Below, piece after piece: positions 48,631 through 58,092 of a stretch of 64,000 nucleotides of DNA; the stretch's first letter is position 1, and every line of letters starts with the position of its first letter. The notes under the pieces were generated by a model. That model had not been told where the DNA came from. It saw only the letters and a program-made list of their open reading frames with translations, and did not search any database. Both the position numbers and the translations under genes were made by a program. The stretch is from a virus: IMG/VR virus record IMGVR_UViG_3300020192_000008, positions 32,001 through 96,000 of that record; one strand, 5' to 3'.

Positions 48631-51024
48631 ATGGCCTGGAAAGTCGATATCCCAGACGCAGAGTTTTACACCCTCCAAGACCCCCGTCTAGAGGCAATCG
48701 TTCGAGAGGTCTGCGATCAGAAGATCGTTGCCATCGACACCGAGACCACGGGTCTCATCATCTGGCGAGACATGCCCCTGTTCTGGTCCCTCTCTTGGGG
48801 ACGCCGGCGCATCTGCATGCCCGCTGACACGCTGCACAGGTTCATGTCGGCCTTCGAGGATTACGACAAGACCTGGGTCTTCGCCAACGCGAAGTACGAC
48901 ATGCACATCCTGGCTAACGTCGGCATCACCCTCAAGGGGAAGATCGTCGACACCCAGGTGATGCACTGCTTGCTCTACGAGGAGCAGCCACACCGACTCG
49001 ACTACATGGGCAAGCAGCTCCTGGGTTGGGAGTGGAAGGACATGTTCGATGGCTGGGACAAGCGCAAGCAGCCCAACATCGGCGACTTCATCATGGACCT
49101 GTACCGCAACGATCCACGCAAGCTCATCGAGTACGCGTCGAACGATGCCTACGGCACCATGCAGATATACGACAAGCTCAAGGTGGAGCTCGAAGAGTCG
49201 TGGGTCTACAGCCTCTACCCCGAGCACTACAAGACGCTCTGGGACATCTTCATCAAGACCGAGGCGCCGTTTACCAAGGTCCTGTGGAAGTGCGAGAGGG
49301 CAGGCATCTACGTAGACAAGGAGTTCCTCCTCACTCTCGAAGGGCCCGTGGCTAGGGAGATCAACGACCTGAAGAAGGAGCTGAACGCGCTCTACCAGGC
49401 GTATCAGCCGGGCGTCCTGTTCAACCCGAACAGCACCCTGCAGAAGCGCGACTGGTTCTTCAACTTCGAGGGTCTCAAGGCCGTGAAGCTGGGCAAGGCT
49501 GGGGCGAAGACGGGGGTACGCAACCCTTCATGCGACGCCGAGTTCCTTGACCACTACAAGGGCGAATCGAAGATGGCCAAGCTCCTCCTGAGGTTTGCCG
49601 AGCTCGACAAGCTGCACGGTACCTACCTGGTGGGCCTTCGAGAGTCAGACTCGATCGATAGCCAGGGCTTCATCCACACCCGGTACAACCAGGACGTGGC
49701 TCGTACAGGACGCCTGTCCTGCGTAGCCGGCTGGACGCCCGTTCGGACCACCCGTGGTGCCGTTGCCATGGAGAATATTCGACCGGGCGATTCTGTCTGG
49801 ACCCACAAGGGGCGTTGGCAGCAGGTGACGGCGTTCCTTCCGCAGGGAGAAAGGCACGTTTACGACGTTAGGCTTAGCAACGGGTATGTTTTGACGTGCA
49901 CAACCGACCACAGGCTGCTGCTCTCCGATGGGTGCACGTGGGCCACGATTGAGGAGGTGACTGATGGCGTTCTCGAAGACCTGGACCAGCAACCCGAAGA
50001 ACAACGCGCTCGACAACCTCGCGGTTGTGACGCGGCAGGGCCACAAGACCGTTCACTTCTTGCAGGTGAAGGACACGGGCTCGTTGTCGTTGAAGCGATC
50101 GACTATCGCGGCGTGCTTGAGGTCTACGACATCAGCGTAGACGGGGACGAGAGCTACGAAGCCTGCGGAGTATTCGCGCACAACTGCTCTGACCCGAACC
50201 TGCAGAACATGCCGAACCCTGAGCGGGACAAGTTCAAGACCCGCAAAGCGTTCCGCCCCAAGCCCAGCACGAAGCGCAAGCTGATTGCCGCCGACTATGA
50301 CCAGCTCGAGATGCGTCTTCTGGCTTGCGCTGCGATGGAGCCACCCATGATCGACATCTTCCTCCAGGGGAAAGACATCCACATAGGCAACGCTTCACTC
50401 GTCTTCGGACTGCCCTATGACGATATCAAGGCAGCGAAGGATAAGGAGAAGAACGAACTCAACGACTACGATCACACGTGCCTTCTTGCACGGCAGAACG
50501 TCAAGGCCATTGGTTACGGGCTCAACTACGGAATGAAGGAGTTCAAACTCGCTTCGGATCTGGGAATCCGTGTTGAGGAAGCCAAGGCCCTCATGGACAA
50601 GTATATGTCGGCTTATCCGGCTGTCGAGAGGTTCTTCGCAGAAGCTGTCGATAATGCTCGGATCACCGGGTACTCGTTCACCGTCATGGGGCGGAGGAGG
50701 TTCTTGCCGGAGATCATCTCCAGGAGAAACCAAGAGAGGAGCAAGGCAGAACGACAAGCGGGCAACTTTGAGATCCAAGGGTCAGCCGCTGACGTTGTAC
50801 GCATGGCGATGATCCTTCTGGATGACGCCCAGCTAGACAAGAGGTTCGACTGCATCATGCGCCTTCAGGTGCACGACGAGTTGGTCTTCGACTGCCCTGA
50901 AGAGACGCTCACTCCTGCGATGGGGGAGATCGTCGAGTGGATGGAGCATGCGCTTCACACCGACCTGCCGGTGCCCTTGAAGGTCTCGGCCAAGGCTGCC
51001 GACAACTGGGCGGACGCACACTGA
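48631..51024 (+). CDS. polA: Family A DNA polymerase (3'-5' exo + pol) with mini-intein
   Basis: DTETTG exo I, TGRLS..PNLQN, DYDQLEMR motif A, K...YG.NYG motif B and QVHDE motif C. Confidence 0.93.
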   Translation: MAWKVDIPDAEFYTLQDPRLEAIVREVCDQKIVAIDTETTGLIIWRDMPLFWSLSWGRRRICMPADTLHRFMSAFEDYDKTWVFANAKYDMHILANVGITLKGKIVDTQVMHCLLYEEQPHRLDYMGKQLLGWEWKDMFDGWDKRKQPNIGDFIMDLYRNDPRKLIEYASNDAYGTMQIYDKLKVELEESWVYSLYPEHYKTLWDIFIKTEAPFTKVLWKCERAGIYVDKEFLLTLEGPVAREINDLKKELNALYQAYQPGVLFNPNSTLQKRDWFFNFEGLKAVKLGKAGAKTGVRNPSCDAEFLDHYKGESKMAKLLLRFAELDKLHGTYLVGLRESDSIDSQGFIHTRYNQDVARTGRLSCVAGWTPVRTTRGAVAMENIRPGDSVWTHKGRWQQVTAFLPQGERHVYDVRLSNGYVLTCTTDHRLLLSDGCTWATIEEVTDGVLEDLDQQPEEQRARQPRGCDAAGPQDRSLLAGEGHGLVVVEAIDYRGVLEVYDISVDGDESYEACGVFAHNCSDPNLQNMPNPERDKFKTRKAFRPKPSTKRKLIAADYDQLEMRLLACAAMEPPMIDIFLQGKDIHIGNASLVFGLPYDDIKAAKDKEKNELNDYDHTCLLARQNVKAIGYGLNYGMKEFKLASDLGIRVEEAKALMDKYMSAYPAVERFFAEAVDNARITGYSFTVMGRRRFLPEIISRRNQERSKAERQAGNFEIQGSAADVVRMAMILLDDAQLDKRFDCIMRLQVHDELVFDCPEETLTPAMGEIVEWMEHALHTDLPVPLKVSAKAADNWADAH
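49720..50184 (+). mobile_element. Mini-intein in PolA (155 aa)
   Basis: Junctions TGRLS|CVAGWTPV ... VYDISV...FAHN|CSDPNLQN; block B CTTDH. Confidence 0.9.
49964..50140 (+). pseudogene. Remnant HNH endonuclease ORF nested in the +1 frame of the PolA intein
   Basis: GAGGAGGTG RBS. The 58-aa product MAFSKTWTSNPKNNALDNLAVVTRQGHKTVH... keeps the NN..DNL...H...H half of an HNH motif. Confidence 0.6.
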
Positions 51025-51134
51025 TGGCCAAGAAGAAGAGGAAGCATATGTATGGCCTTCCTGCGGGTTCAACAGTAACGAAGGAGCAGTGGGAGAGCGC
51101 TCTCCAGAAACACCGAACCTCAAAGGACGAGTAG
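51024..51134 (+). CDS. Small basic protein (36 aa)
   Basis: TGATG-coupled; MAKKKRKH...; abuts the next ATG. Confidence 0.5.
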   Translation: MAKKKRKHMYGLPAGSTVTKEQWESALQKHRTSKDE

Positions 51135-51476
51135 ATGAACAAGATCGCGCGCAAGTATGACCTGGACCAGCTCGTTGCGTCGCGACTAGGGCTAAAGCCG
51201 AAGGAGGTGAGGGGCATCACCAAGGTCTTCATAGAGGCCTTGATGGAGTCCCTTGCAGAGCTGAGCGAGGTCCACCTCGATGGCTTTGGCCAGTTTCACG
51301 TCACCAAGGAGGCGGCTCCGAGGGTGACCACCCTTACCCAGGGCACGCTCAAGCTTGGGGAGGGGAAGAAGATCGAGGTGCTCATCCCGCACAAGATGCG
51401 CGTACACTTCCGAAAGGCCCTGCCATTCCGTCGCCTACTTCAGGCGAAGCACGGCAAGGGTCAGAAGAAGGATTGA
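51135..51476 (+). CDS. HU/IHF-family DNA-binding protein
   Basis: V.LDGFGQF.V...IP...RV.FR....R pattern. Confidence 0.85.
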   Translation: MNKIARKYDLDQLVASRLGLKPKEVRGITKVFIEALMESLAELSEVHLDGFGQFHVTKEAAPRVTTLTQGTLKLGEGKKIEVLIPHKMRVHFRKALPFRRLLQAKHGKGQKKD

Positions 51477-51481
51477 GCACC

Positions 51482-51673
51482 ATGGACAAGTACGCTGTAG
51501 ACGAAGGCAAAGACCAGGAGCAGCTCGAGAAGGCGGCATCGCAAGGCTGCCCAAGCTGTGGAGCGCCCGCTGGGCAGCTTCAGCAGCATGGGTCAGTCTT
51601 GATATGCCCCCACTGTGGGTCTGCTCCGTTCGAGTCGAACGGGAGCTCACGTGGCAGGACAACCAGTCGATAA
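51482..51673 (+). CDS. Small zinc-ribbon protein
   Basis: CPSCG...CPHCG; contains EKAAS. Confidence 0.6.
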   Translation: MDKYAVDEGKDQEQLEKAASQGCPSCGAPAGQLQQHGSVLICPHCGSAPFESNGSSRGRTTSR

Positions 51674-52865
51674 CCGTAAGAGCGACATCAACACGATCGT
51701 TGCGAAGATCAACAAGGCCGCCAAGCGCACCATCATTGGTACGGCCGACAAGCTTCGTAACAGCTACTTCCTCCGCCGGCCGTCGGGCATCATGCAGCTC
51801 GACATAGACACCGGTGGGGGGCTGCCCGCTGGAGGTCTGGCCTGTGTGTCAGGCCTCGACGGCGCCGGCAAGACCCACCTCATGTACAAGTACATGGCCA
51901 TGCATCAGCGGATGTACGGCGATGAGGCAACGATAGCGCTTGCCTGCACTGAGGCGCCCATCGACCACTTCTACCTGCGGAAGCTGGGCATCATCGTCTC
52001 GGTGCCTGATGAGGCCATCGAGGAGCGGACGAAGTACCGCAAGGACCTTGGGTTTGCTCCCTTCACCAAGGAGGAGATCAAGGAGATGAAGCGGAGCGTG
52101 GGGTGCTTCTACCCCATCGTGGCCGACTACATGGAGCAGATGCTGGACGTGGTTCTCGAGCTTGTCTCGTGCGACCTCGTGAACATCATCGGCATCGACT
52201 CCATCACGGCAGCGCAGCCCAAGGCGTTCGCTGAGCTCGAGAAGATCGAGGAGGAGGCTCGTCAGGGCGCGCATGCCACGGCGCTCAAGAAGTTCCTCAT
52301 CGACTACTTCCCGATGACGGTCTCGTTCAACGAGGTCCCGAACAAGACGACCATCATCATGACGCAACAGATGGTCTCAAACCGGAAGAAGAGCGAAGCT
52401 CCCTCCTACATCCAGAAGTACCTGCCCGACAGCGTTCCTTCGATGGGCTCGCACAGCCTCAAGCACGGCAAGCTCATCGACATCCTGCTCACCAATGGTG
52501 CCGGTGAGAAGGAGAAGAACGAGACGGGTAAGAAGGAGACCAAGAGCAAGATGCTCGAGTGGGAGATCAAGAAGGGCAAGGCCGGCGTGCACGAAGGCGT
52601 GCGTGGCGAGTCCGAGTTCATCTTCGACGAAGGAGGCATCGACAACGCCCGCACCATCCTGGCCTCTGGCATCAAGTGCGGCTTCATCCAGGAAGCCTCG
52701 GGGCTCATCACGATCCTCGACCCCAAGACCAAGGAGCCCTCGCCCAAGGTCAACCGCATGCCGGCCAAGGAGTTCATCGCCATGCTCAACGATGACCCGA
52801 GGTTCGACGCCCAGGTAAGGGCGCACATCCTCGCTGAAGAAGGCATTCAGTGCCGCTTCGTGTGA
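51651..52865 (+). CDS. recA: RecA/UvsX-like recombinase
   Basis: SGIMQLDIDTGGGLP.G, GLDGAGKT and IGIDSI; GTG 51651 with GGGAG RBS. Confidence 0.85.
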   Translation: MAGQPVDNRKSDINTIVAKINKAAKRTIIGTADKLRNSYFLRRPSGIMQLDIDTGGGLPAGGLACVSGLDGAGKTHLMYKYMAMHQRMYGDEATIALACTEAPIDHFYLRKLGIIVSVPDEAIEERTKYRKDLGFAPFTKEEIKEMKRSVGCFYPIVADYMEQMLDVVLELVSCDLVNIIGIDSITAAQPKAFAELEKIEEEARQGAHATALKKFLIDYFPMTVSFNEVPNKTTIIMTQQMVSNRKKSEAPSYIQKYLPDSVPSMGSHSLKHGKLIDILLTNGAGEKEKNETGKKETKSKMLEWEIKKGKAGVHEGVRGESEFIFDEGGIDNARTILASGIKCGFIQEASGLITILDPKTKEPSPKVNRMPAKEFIAMLNDDPRFDAQVRAHILAEEGIQCRFV

Positions 52866-52866
52866 C

Positions 52867-53364
52867 ATGAAAACCATCAGGCTCGTCCCCCAGGTCAACG
52901 AGGCCGGGGACGTCCACCTGAAGGTCTCGGCTGTCGGCTTCCAAGATGACGAGGTAGGGCCCCTGGTCGATGGCCAGGAGCTCGTTGCCATCTTGGAAGA
53001 CGAGCCCGAACCGGGCAACAGGCACACGGCCAAGACTCTTCGTAAGCGAAGCACGAAGGCCGAGCGAGTCCTTGCCAAGCAGGTGGGCGGCAAACTCCAA
53101 CCCGGCTCAGGTTGCCTACCCAAGTACAAGAGCGATGTTCTTGTGAAAGGCAAGACACGCCTCGAACACAAGTTCACCCAGGCCAAGAGCTACACCCTGA
53201 AGTTCTATGACCTACTGAAGCTTCTCGGTGAATGCGAAGACGGGGAAGATCCAGTATTCGTCGTTGAGTTTCAAGAGCGAGGCACGCTCAAGACTCTGGC
53301 GAAGTATGCCATCGTCCCCTTCGAGGACTGGGAGAAAGCACATGACATCGATTCTGACGATTGA
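52867..53364 (+). CDS. PD-(D/E)XK Holliday-junction-resolvase-like nuclease
   Basis: E...AK..GG..QPGSG....KSDV......EHK motif. Confidence 0.65.
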   Translation: MKTIRLVPQVNEAGDVHLKVSAVGFQDDEVGPLVDGQELVAILEDEPEPGNRHTAKTLRKRSTKAERVLAKQVGGKLQPGSGCLPKYKSDVLVKGKTRLEHKFTQAKSYTLKFYDLLKLLGECEDGEDPVFVVEFQERGTLKTLAKYAIVPFEDWEKAHDIDSDD

Positions 53365-54169
53365 AGACTTCCTCAAGGCACCGGAAGAACAGAAGAAGCA
53401 GATCCAAGACGAGGCTGCTCAGATCTCCGTGAGCTTTGAAGAACACCTCGCCAAGGACAAGGGCGACTCGCACATCCGTGCCCCCGGCATCCACGCTTCT
53501 GAAGTGCATGGCTGCGAGAGAAAGATGGTCTACAGCCTTCTTGGTACCGAGCGCAAAGAGAAGCTCGACAACACCTGGAAGAAGCGCTTCATGGTTGGCC
53601 ACGCTCTCCACGCCATGCTCCAGACTCAGTTCGAGCAGATGGCAGGAGGGCCCTTCGTCTCCACCTTTCAGTCTGAGGTGAAGATCTCCCCTGAGCTCCA
53701 GCCTGTGGCAGCTGCATGGAACATCCAGTCCCATTGCGACGGCCTCTTTCAGCTGCGTCGCCCAGGCGAACCTGACCCCTTTGCTCGCGTCGTCCTGGAG
53801 ATCAAGACGGCGAGCCCAGGGGAGTACGACAAGCTCAAGGCTCCCAAGCCTGAGCACGTAGAGCAAGCGCACGTGTACATGGGGTGTCTCGATACGCCGT
53901 TCACATGGTTCCTTTACTGGAACAAGGGCAACCAGAACTACACGGGCAGCAACAACCCGAGCTTCTTCACTGTGTTCAACCCAGACACCTGGATGGGCCT
54001 GTTGAAGAAGTTCGAGCGTGGCCACATAGCGGCCGACACCAACCAGCTCCCTGACCGCCTCGAAGGCGTGGGGTGCGACTTCTGTGCGTTCTCCTGGACG
54101 TGTAAGCCCCAGTACCTGCAGCGCAGGAGTGGGACGCACGTTCCTCACGGCAGATGGGTAAGCAAATGA
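53342..54169 (+). CDS. Cas4/RecB-like exonuclease
   Basis: HASE..GC.R, G.ALH, CDG...EIKT, Q...YM and C-terminal CxxCxxxxxC. Confidence 0.78.
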   Translation: MTSILTIEDFLKAPEEQKKQIQDEAAQISVSFEEHLAKDKGDSHIRAPGIHASEVHGCERKMVYSLLGTERKEKLDNTWKKRFMVGHALHAMLQTQFEQMAGGPFVSTFQSEVKISPELQPVAAAWNIQSHCDGLFQLRRPGEPDPFARVVLEIKTASPGEYDKLKAPKPEHVEQAHVYMGCLDTPFTWFLYWNKGNQNYTGSNNPSFFTVFNPDTWMGLLKKFERGHIAADTNQLPDRLEGVGCDFCAFSWTCKPQYLQRRSGTHVPHGRWVSK

Positions 54170-54840
54170 CTGAAGGCAAGTCGATACGCATCCCGAGAAC
54201 ACTTGGCCCGGGTGGCCAGGTTATCGATCACCCTCCGGAAGAAGGACGCGGTCTCAAGGTCGACAAGGCAGCCCCTATCGGCGTCACAGCCGAGCAGAAG
54301 AAGTCTCTTCAAGAGCACTGGAACACCGCCAGTGAAAGCGAGAAGCTCTACGAGAAGGAAGGCTTCGGGGAGATCAAGAAGCCGACCTTCAACTGCCCTG
54401 AAGTTGATGAGCAGGTCGTCACCAACCCCGACAGCACCGAGTTCACCACCGTCTACGTTCACCTGCTCGGCTGGTACTCCTACTGCGCCGAGCTTCTCGC
54501 CAAGGTAGACGTCTACATCCTTCAGTACGAGAACCTCCTCGATGTACTGGGGGCTGAGACCCGTGACGTCGCTCGTAAGCAGCACGCTGAAGGCAAGAAG
54601 CCCACGGTCGACGAACTCAAAGACCGCCTTCTTCTCAACCCCCGCTACCTCGAGACCCTGCACGAGCTGCAGAAGTACCAGCAGCACAAGAAGCTGCTTG
54701 CGTCCCGCCTCGAATCCATCGATAGGAGCCTCAAGGTGATCTCCAGGCAGGTCACCATCAGGACCCTCGACATGGAAGCGCAGCGCACAGGCTCCAACCT
54801 CCCAGGACGCGGCTCACCCAACCGCTCTAGGTTCGGATGA
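54166..54840 (+). CDS. Coiled-coil protein, possible UvsY-like recombination mediator
   Basis: Helical, ends SRQVTIR. Function is inferred from recombination-gene context. Confidence 0.4.
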   Translation: MTEGKSIRIPRTLGPGGQVIDHPPEEGRGLKVDKAAPIGVTAEQKKSLQEHWNTASESEKLYEKEGFGEIKKPTFNCPEVDEQVVTNPDSTEFTTVYVHLLGWYSYCAELLAKVDVYILQYENLLDVLGAETRDVARKQHAEGKKPTVDELKDRLLLNPRYLETLHELQKYQQHKKLLASRLESIDRSLKVISRQVTIRTLDMEAQRTGSNLPGRGSPNRSRFG

Positions 54841-55280
54841 TTCGCCTCTCTGTCCCGTCGCTGCCCCCCTCTTCCAACAACGCCTACTTCAACAGGCCAG
54901 GAGGGGGCAGGTCCCTTACCAAGATCGGTGAGGGCTACAAGAACATCACCAAGGCGCATCTGCAGCAGAACTACCGAAGGGAGCTCATGGAGTTTCGGCC
55001 CAACAGGCCATACCTCATCGCAGTCACCTTCTACTTCCTCGACCTGCAGAACAAGACTTGGCCAAAAACAGCCGAGTCTCGGTATAAGCGACTTGACACA
55101 AGCAATAGGATCAAACTCCTAGAAGACGTGCTGAAGGACGTGAGCGGAGTCGATGACTCAAACACGCTCACGCTCATTCTCACAAAGACCATCGGTTCTC
55201 CTGAACGGACTGAGCTGGCCGTTTGGGACCTTGAGAAAGAAGAGAGCCCTTTCGATGTCCTCCTCAATACGCTCTTTTGA
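54837..55280 (+). CDS. RusA-like Holliday junction resolvase
   Basis: PPSSN..Y and D.SNRIKLLED.L......DD motif. Confidence 0.75.
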   Translation: MIRLSVPSLPPSSNNAYFNRPGGGRSLTKIGEGYKNITKAHLQQNYRRELMEFRPNRPYLIAVTFYFLDLQNKTWPKTAESRYKRLDTSNRIKLLEDVLKDVSGVDDSNTLTLILTKTIGSPERTELAVWDLEKEESPFDVLLNTLF

Positions 55281-55620
55281 GGAACTGCTCGGGGCCTGCA
55301 ACCACACCGAGCTGCACCAGATCTGCAGGCGTATGGACATCCATGTCAGACCGACCGCAAGCCGGGAAGACATGATCGACTACATCTGCGGGAATGATGA
55401 ACCCCCTCCGCCATGGCACGGCATCAATGCCTGGCGACATGCCCTCATGGGCTTCGTTCTCGACAACTGGGAACTCATACGTTCTCAGATCTCCTGCCCG
55501 GCTAAGTCTGGTGACCCGCGTGCCTGCTTCGGTTGTACCGATACGCAGGTGATGTTCTGTGTTGTCGACAATCACGACAACGAGTCTCTCATCCAGCTGC
55601 ACAAGAAGGATCAACCATGA
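55255..55620 (+). CDS. Cys-rich hypothetical protein
   Basis: 121 aa with an N-terminal Rho-N/HeH-like helix pair and CP.....C..C......C. Confidence 0.55.
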   Translation: MSSSIRSFEELLGACNHTELHQICRRMDIHVRPTASREDMIDYICGNDEPPPPWHGINAWRHALMGFVLDNWELIRSQISCPAKSGDPRACFGCTDTQVMFCVVDNHDNESLIQLHKKDQP

Positions 55621-56324
55621 ACGCTCCCGCAACCACGATGCCCAGCCCCGAGACCGCTCCCCGCACGCCCGAGGAGCTGACGAAGATGACCGTCTTCCTC
55701 CAGCGCAGGCTGGCCGAGCAGCTCAACTCGTCGGGCTTCCCGGTCTGGACGAGCGAGCCGGAGAAGACGGCCTTCATCACCGAGACCAGCGAGAAGCGCG
55801 GGATGATCTTGGCCGAGAAGCTGGCCGCCTTCGACAAGGCCCGTGGCGGTGCTCCCGCCGCTGCAGCTCCGGTGGCTACGGTGACCCCCATCACCCCGCC
55901 GACGGAGGCAACGCCGGCGCCCGCCACGGCCAGCAAGCGTCAGCCCAAGACGCAGGCGGCTGCACCTCCTCCGGCAGCTGCCCCCGCTGTCAGCGGTGAG
56001 CAGGGGGTGCTCTCGTCCGAGGTCGTCAACCTGCTCAAGACGGTCTCGACCGACCTGAAGAACCTGCACGGGATGACCGATGCGAGGATCGAAGGGGTGG
56101 AGAACCGTCTCGATGGCGGCAAACTCGTCACCAAGGGCGACCTCGTGGAGCTCAAGGACATGCTCACGGCGTCGATGCGCGTGCAGCAGGCCACGCTCGG
56201 GGTGCTCTGCCTGTTCGGGCAGGAGGTGCTCAAGGCCTCCACCCGTGACGTGATGGGTCCGGCGATCGAGGAGGCGAACAACGCCCTCGACGCTCTGGAG
56301 GAACTGGGCAAGGGAAAAGCATTA
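55617..56324 (+). CDS. Hypothetical protein (235 aa) ending at TTA; -1 frameshift product extends to TAA 56509
   Basis: AAGGA RBS and ATGA coupling. G_GGA_AAA at 56312-56318, TTA at 56322-56324 and hairpin at 56329-56353. Confidence 0.7.
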
Positions 56325-56507
56325 GCCAGACGCGGCCCTGGCCGGGCTGCGTCCCGCTGTCTTCTTCTGATGTCTTCCATCTCCCTGACGACCTTACCCA
56401 GGTCCCGACCGATGAGCTTGTACGAGCACTTGCCGCTTGCGGCGTGCGTCTCAAGGGCACGGTCACGAGGGAGCAGCTAGTTCAGACGGTCAAGCGTCTG
56501 AGCATCT

Positions 56508-56544
56508 AAAGACGGGGCCCTTCGGGGCCCCCTTCTTTTTAGCT
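56508..56544. terminator. Intrinsic terminator with UUCG loop
   Basis: GGGGCCC-TTCG-GGGCCCC then CTTCTTTTTAGCT, between convergent genes. Confidence 0.85.
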
Positions 56545-56545
56545 A

Positions 56546-57025
56546 CTACTTGGCTGCATGAAGAGCGAACGCGCCGAGGCTGACAGCCAGGGTGGTGGTG
56601 AGCACACCGAGGGCAGCCCCGAACCACACCGAGCTGTACCAAGGGGGGTTCTTGATCTCAGCCTCAAGCTCTTGAATCTTCGTCTGCTGCAGTGCGGAGC
56701 GGGTCTGGTAGTCCTGCGTGACGGCCGCGTATTTGTCCTTCTCAATCTGGAGGAGCTGCTTCACAAAGCCGACTTCCACCTCAGAGAGTTTCTTCTGCTG
56801 CTCGACGTCGATCTTGAGACGAAGCTTGTACTGCTGCAGCCAGTTAGCCCATCGAAGGGCCGTCTGCTGATCGAAAAGCTGCCCTGTGAAGGGCGACTTG
56901 TCTCCCTCTCGAACGGAGACGATCTTGTCCTCACCGGGGGGAATCGTCTGAACGTCCTGAGCTAGAGCTCGGGTCGTCATCGTGAGCAGGAGAAGGGGGA
57001 GCAAGAAGCGGGCTGATCTCGGCAT
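56546..57025 (-). CDS. Exported coiled-coil protein with C-terminal TM helix (spanin-like candidate)
   Basis: Signal peptide MPRSARFLLPLLLL...ALA, coiled coil, then PPWY and a hydrophobic tail. Confidence 0.55.
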   Translation of the reverse strand: MPRSARFLLPLLLLTMTTRALAQDVQTIPPGEDKIVSVREGDKSPFTGQLFDQQTALRWANWLQQYKLRLKIDVEQQKKLSEVEVGFVKQLLQIEKDKYAAVTQDYQTRSALQQTKIQELEAEIKNPPWYSSVWFGAALGVLTTTLAVSLGAFALHAAK

Positions 57026-57130
57026 AAGAGTGACGGTAGATCTATACCCCCCGATTGGCGAAGCCACGTCGGGCGATGACAGTAAATGCCCGTTGTAGGG
57101 CACAGAATCTGATCTACGTCAGGAGCAACC

Positions 57131-58087
57131 ATGATCGACACTCTCGTTTACCAAGGCACCGACATCTCTTTCGAGGCCGAGCAGCTCAACCTGACCGATA
57201 TGTGGCGGGCCGCTGGGGGCGACCTGTCCAAGCAGCCGGCCAAGTGGCGGGCGCTTCCCAGCGCTCAAGAGTTCATCACGCACGTGGCAGAGGTCATCCT
57301 CCGAAAATCAGAGGATGAGCTTTTTACCGTGATTCGTGGTGGTTTGACCCGCTTTTCGGCTACCTGGGCTCACTGGCAGATTGCCATGGCCTACGCGAAG
57401 TACCTCAGCGCCCCCTTTCACGCCTGGTGCAACGACGTGGTGAGGGCCCGCTTCGTCGAGTCCAAGGGGGCGTCTGTTCAGCTCCCGGAGACCATCGACT
57501 CGCCCATTCACCGCCTCGACAAGCTCGAGATCCAGGTGGACAAGCTCGTGAAGGCGGGTCGTATCACCGAGCTGCAAGCTCTCGACGCCATGACGCTCGC
57601 CATCAAGAAGGAGCTTGGCTACGACCTGACTGCCATCCCAACCCTCGAATACAAGCAGATCATCGCGAGCACCAGCAGCGTTCAGCTCTCTGGCCCTGCA
57701 GTGATCATCCCTCAGAAGGAGAAGAGGGGCACCTTCTCAGCCAGGCACCTGACCCGTGAGAACGGCCTGCCCTCTGGCTTCGTTACCGAGCTCGCAGCCA
57801 AGCTCGGTCTCATCGGCGATGAGAACTACACCGAGGCTGACGATCTCGGCTCCGCTCACCACGGGGCTATTGGCGTGAACTACCGCTACAACAAGGCGGC
57901 AGTCGAGGTCATGGTGCCCTACTTCAAGAAGTACAACGAGGCGAAGGACCTGCTCAAGGAGGCGAAGACCAAGAAGTTCGCTGAGGCAGCTCAGGCCCAG
58001 GTCCTCTCCACCATCACCGAGAAGGTGGGCACGGGGACGCTGACGTCGGCGACGACTATCTTCCACCCGACGAACGCCCCCAAATGA
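57131..58087 (+). CDS. KilA-N domain DNA-binding protein
   Basis: LNLTDMWRAAG, P..W..L, TWAHWQIA..YA.YLS..F..W; AGGAG RBS. Confidence 0.88.
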   Translation: MIDTLVYQGTDISFEAEQLNLTDMWRAAGGDLSKQPAKWRALPSAQEFITHVAEVILRKSEDELFTVIRGGLTRFSATWAHWQIAMAYAKYLSAPFHAWCNDVVRARFVESKGASVQLPETIDSPIHRLDKLEIQVDKLVKAGRITELQALDAMTLAIKKELGYDLTAIPTLEYKQIIASTSSVQLSGPAVIIPQKEKRGTFSARHLTRENGLPSGFVTELAAKLGLIGDENYTEADDLGSAHHGAIGVNYRYNKAAVEVMVPYFKKYNEAKDLLKEAKTKKFAEAAQAQVLSTITEKVGTGTLTSATTIFHPTNAPK

Positions 58088-58092
58088 ACTGA

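Noticed and set aside
53342-54169. Cas4-like gene as part of a CRISPR system
   Set aside because: I saw no repeat-spacer array or other cas genes. Stand-alone Cas4-like nucleases are common in phage recombination blocks.
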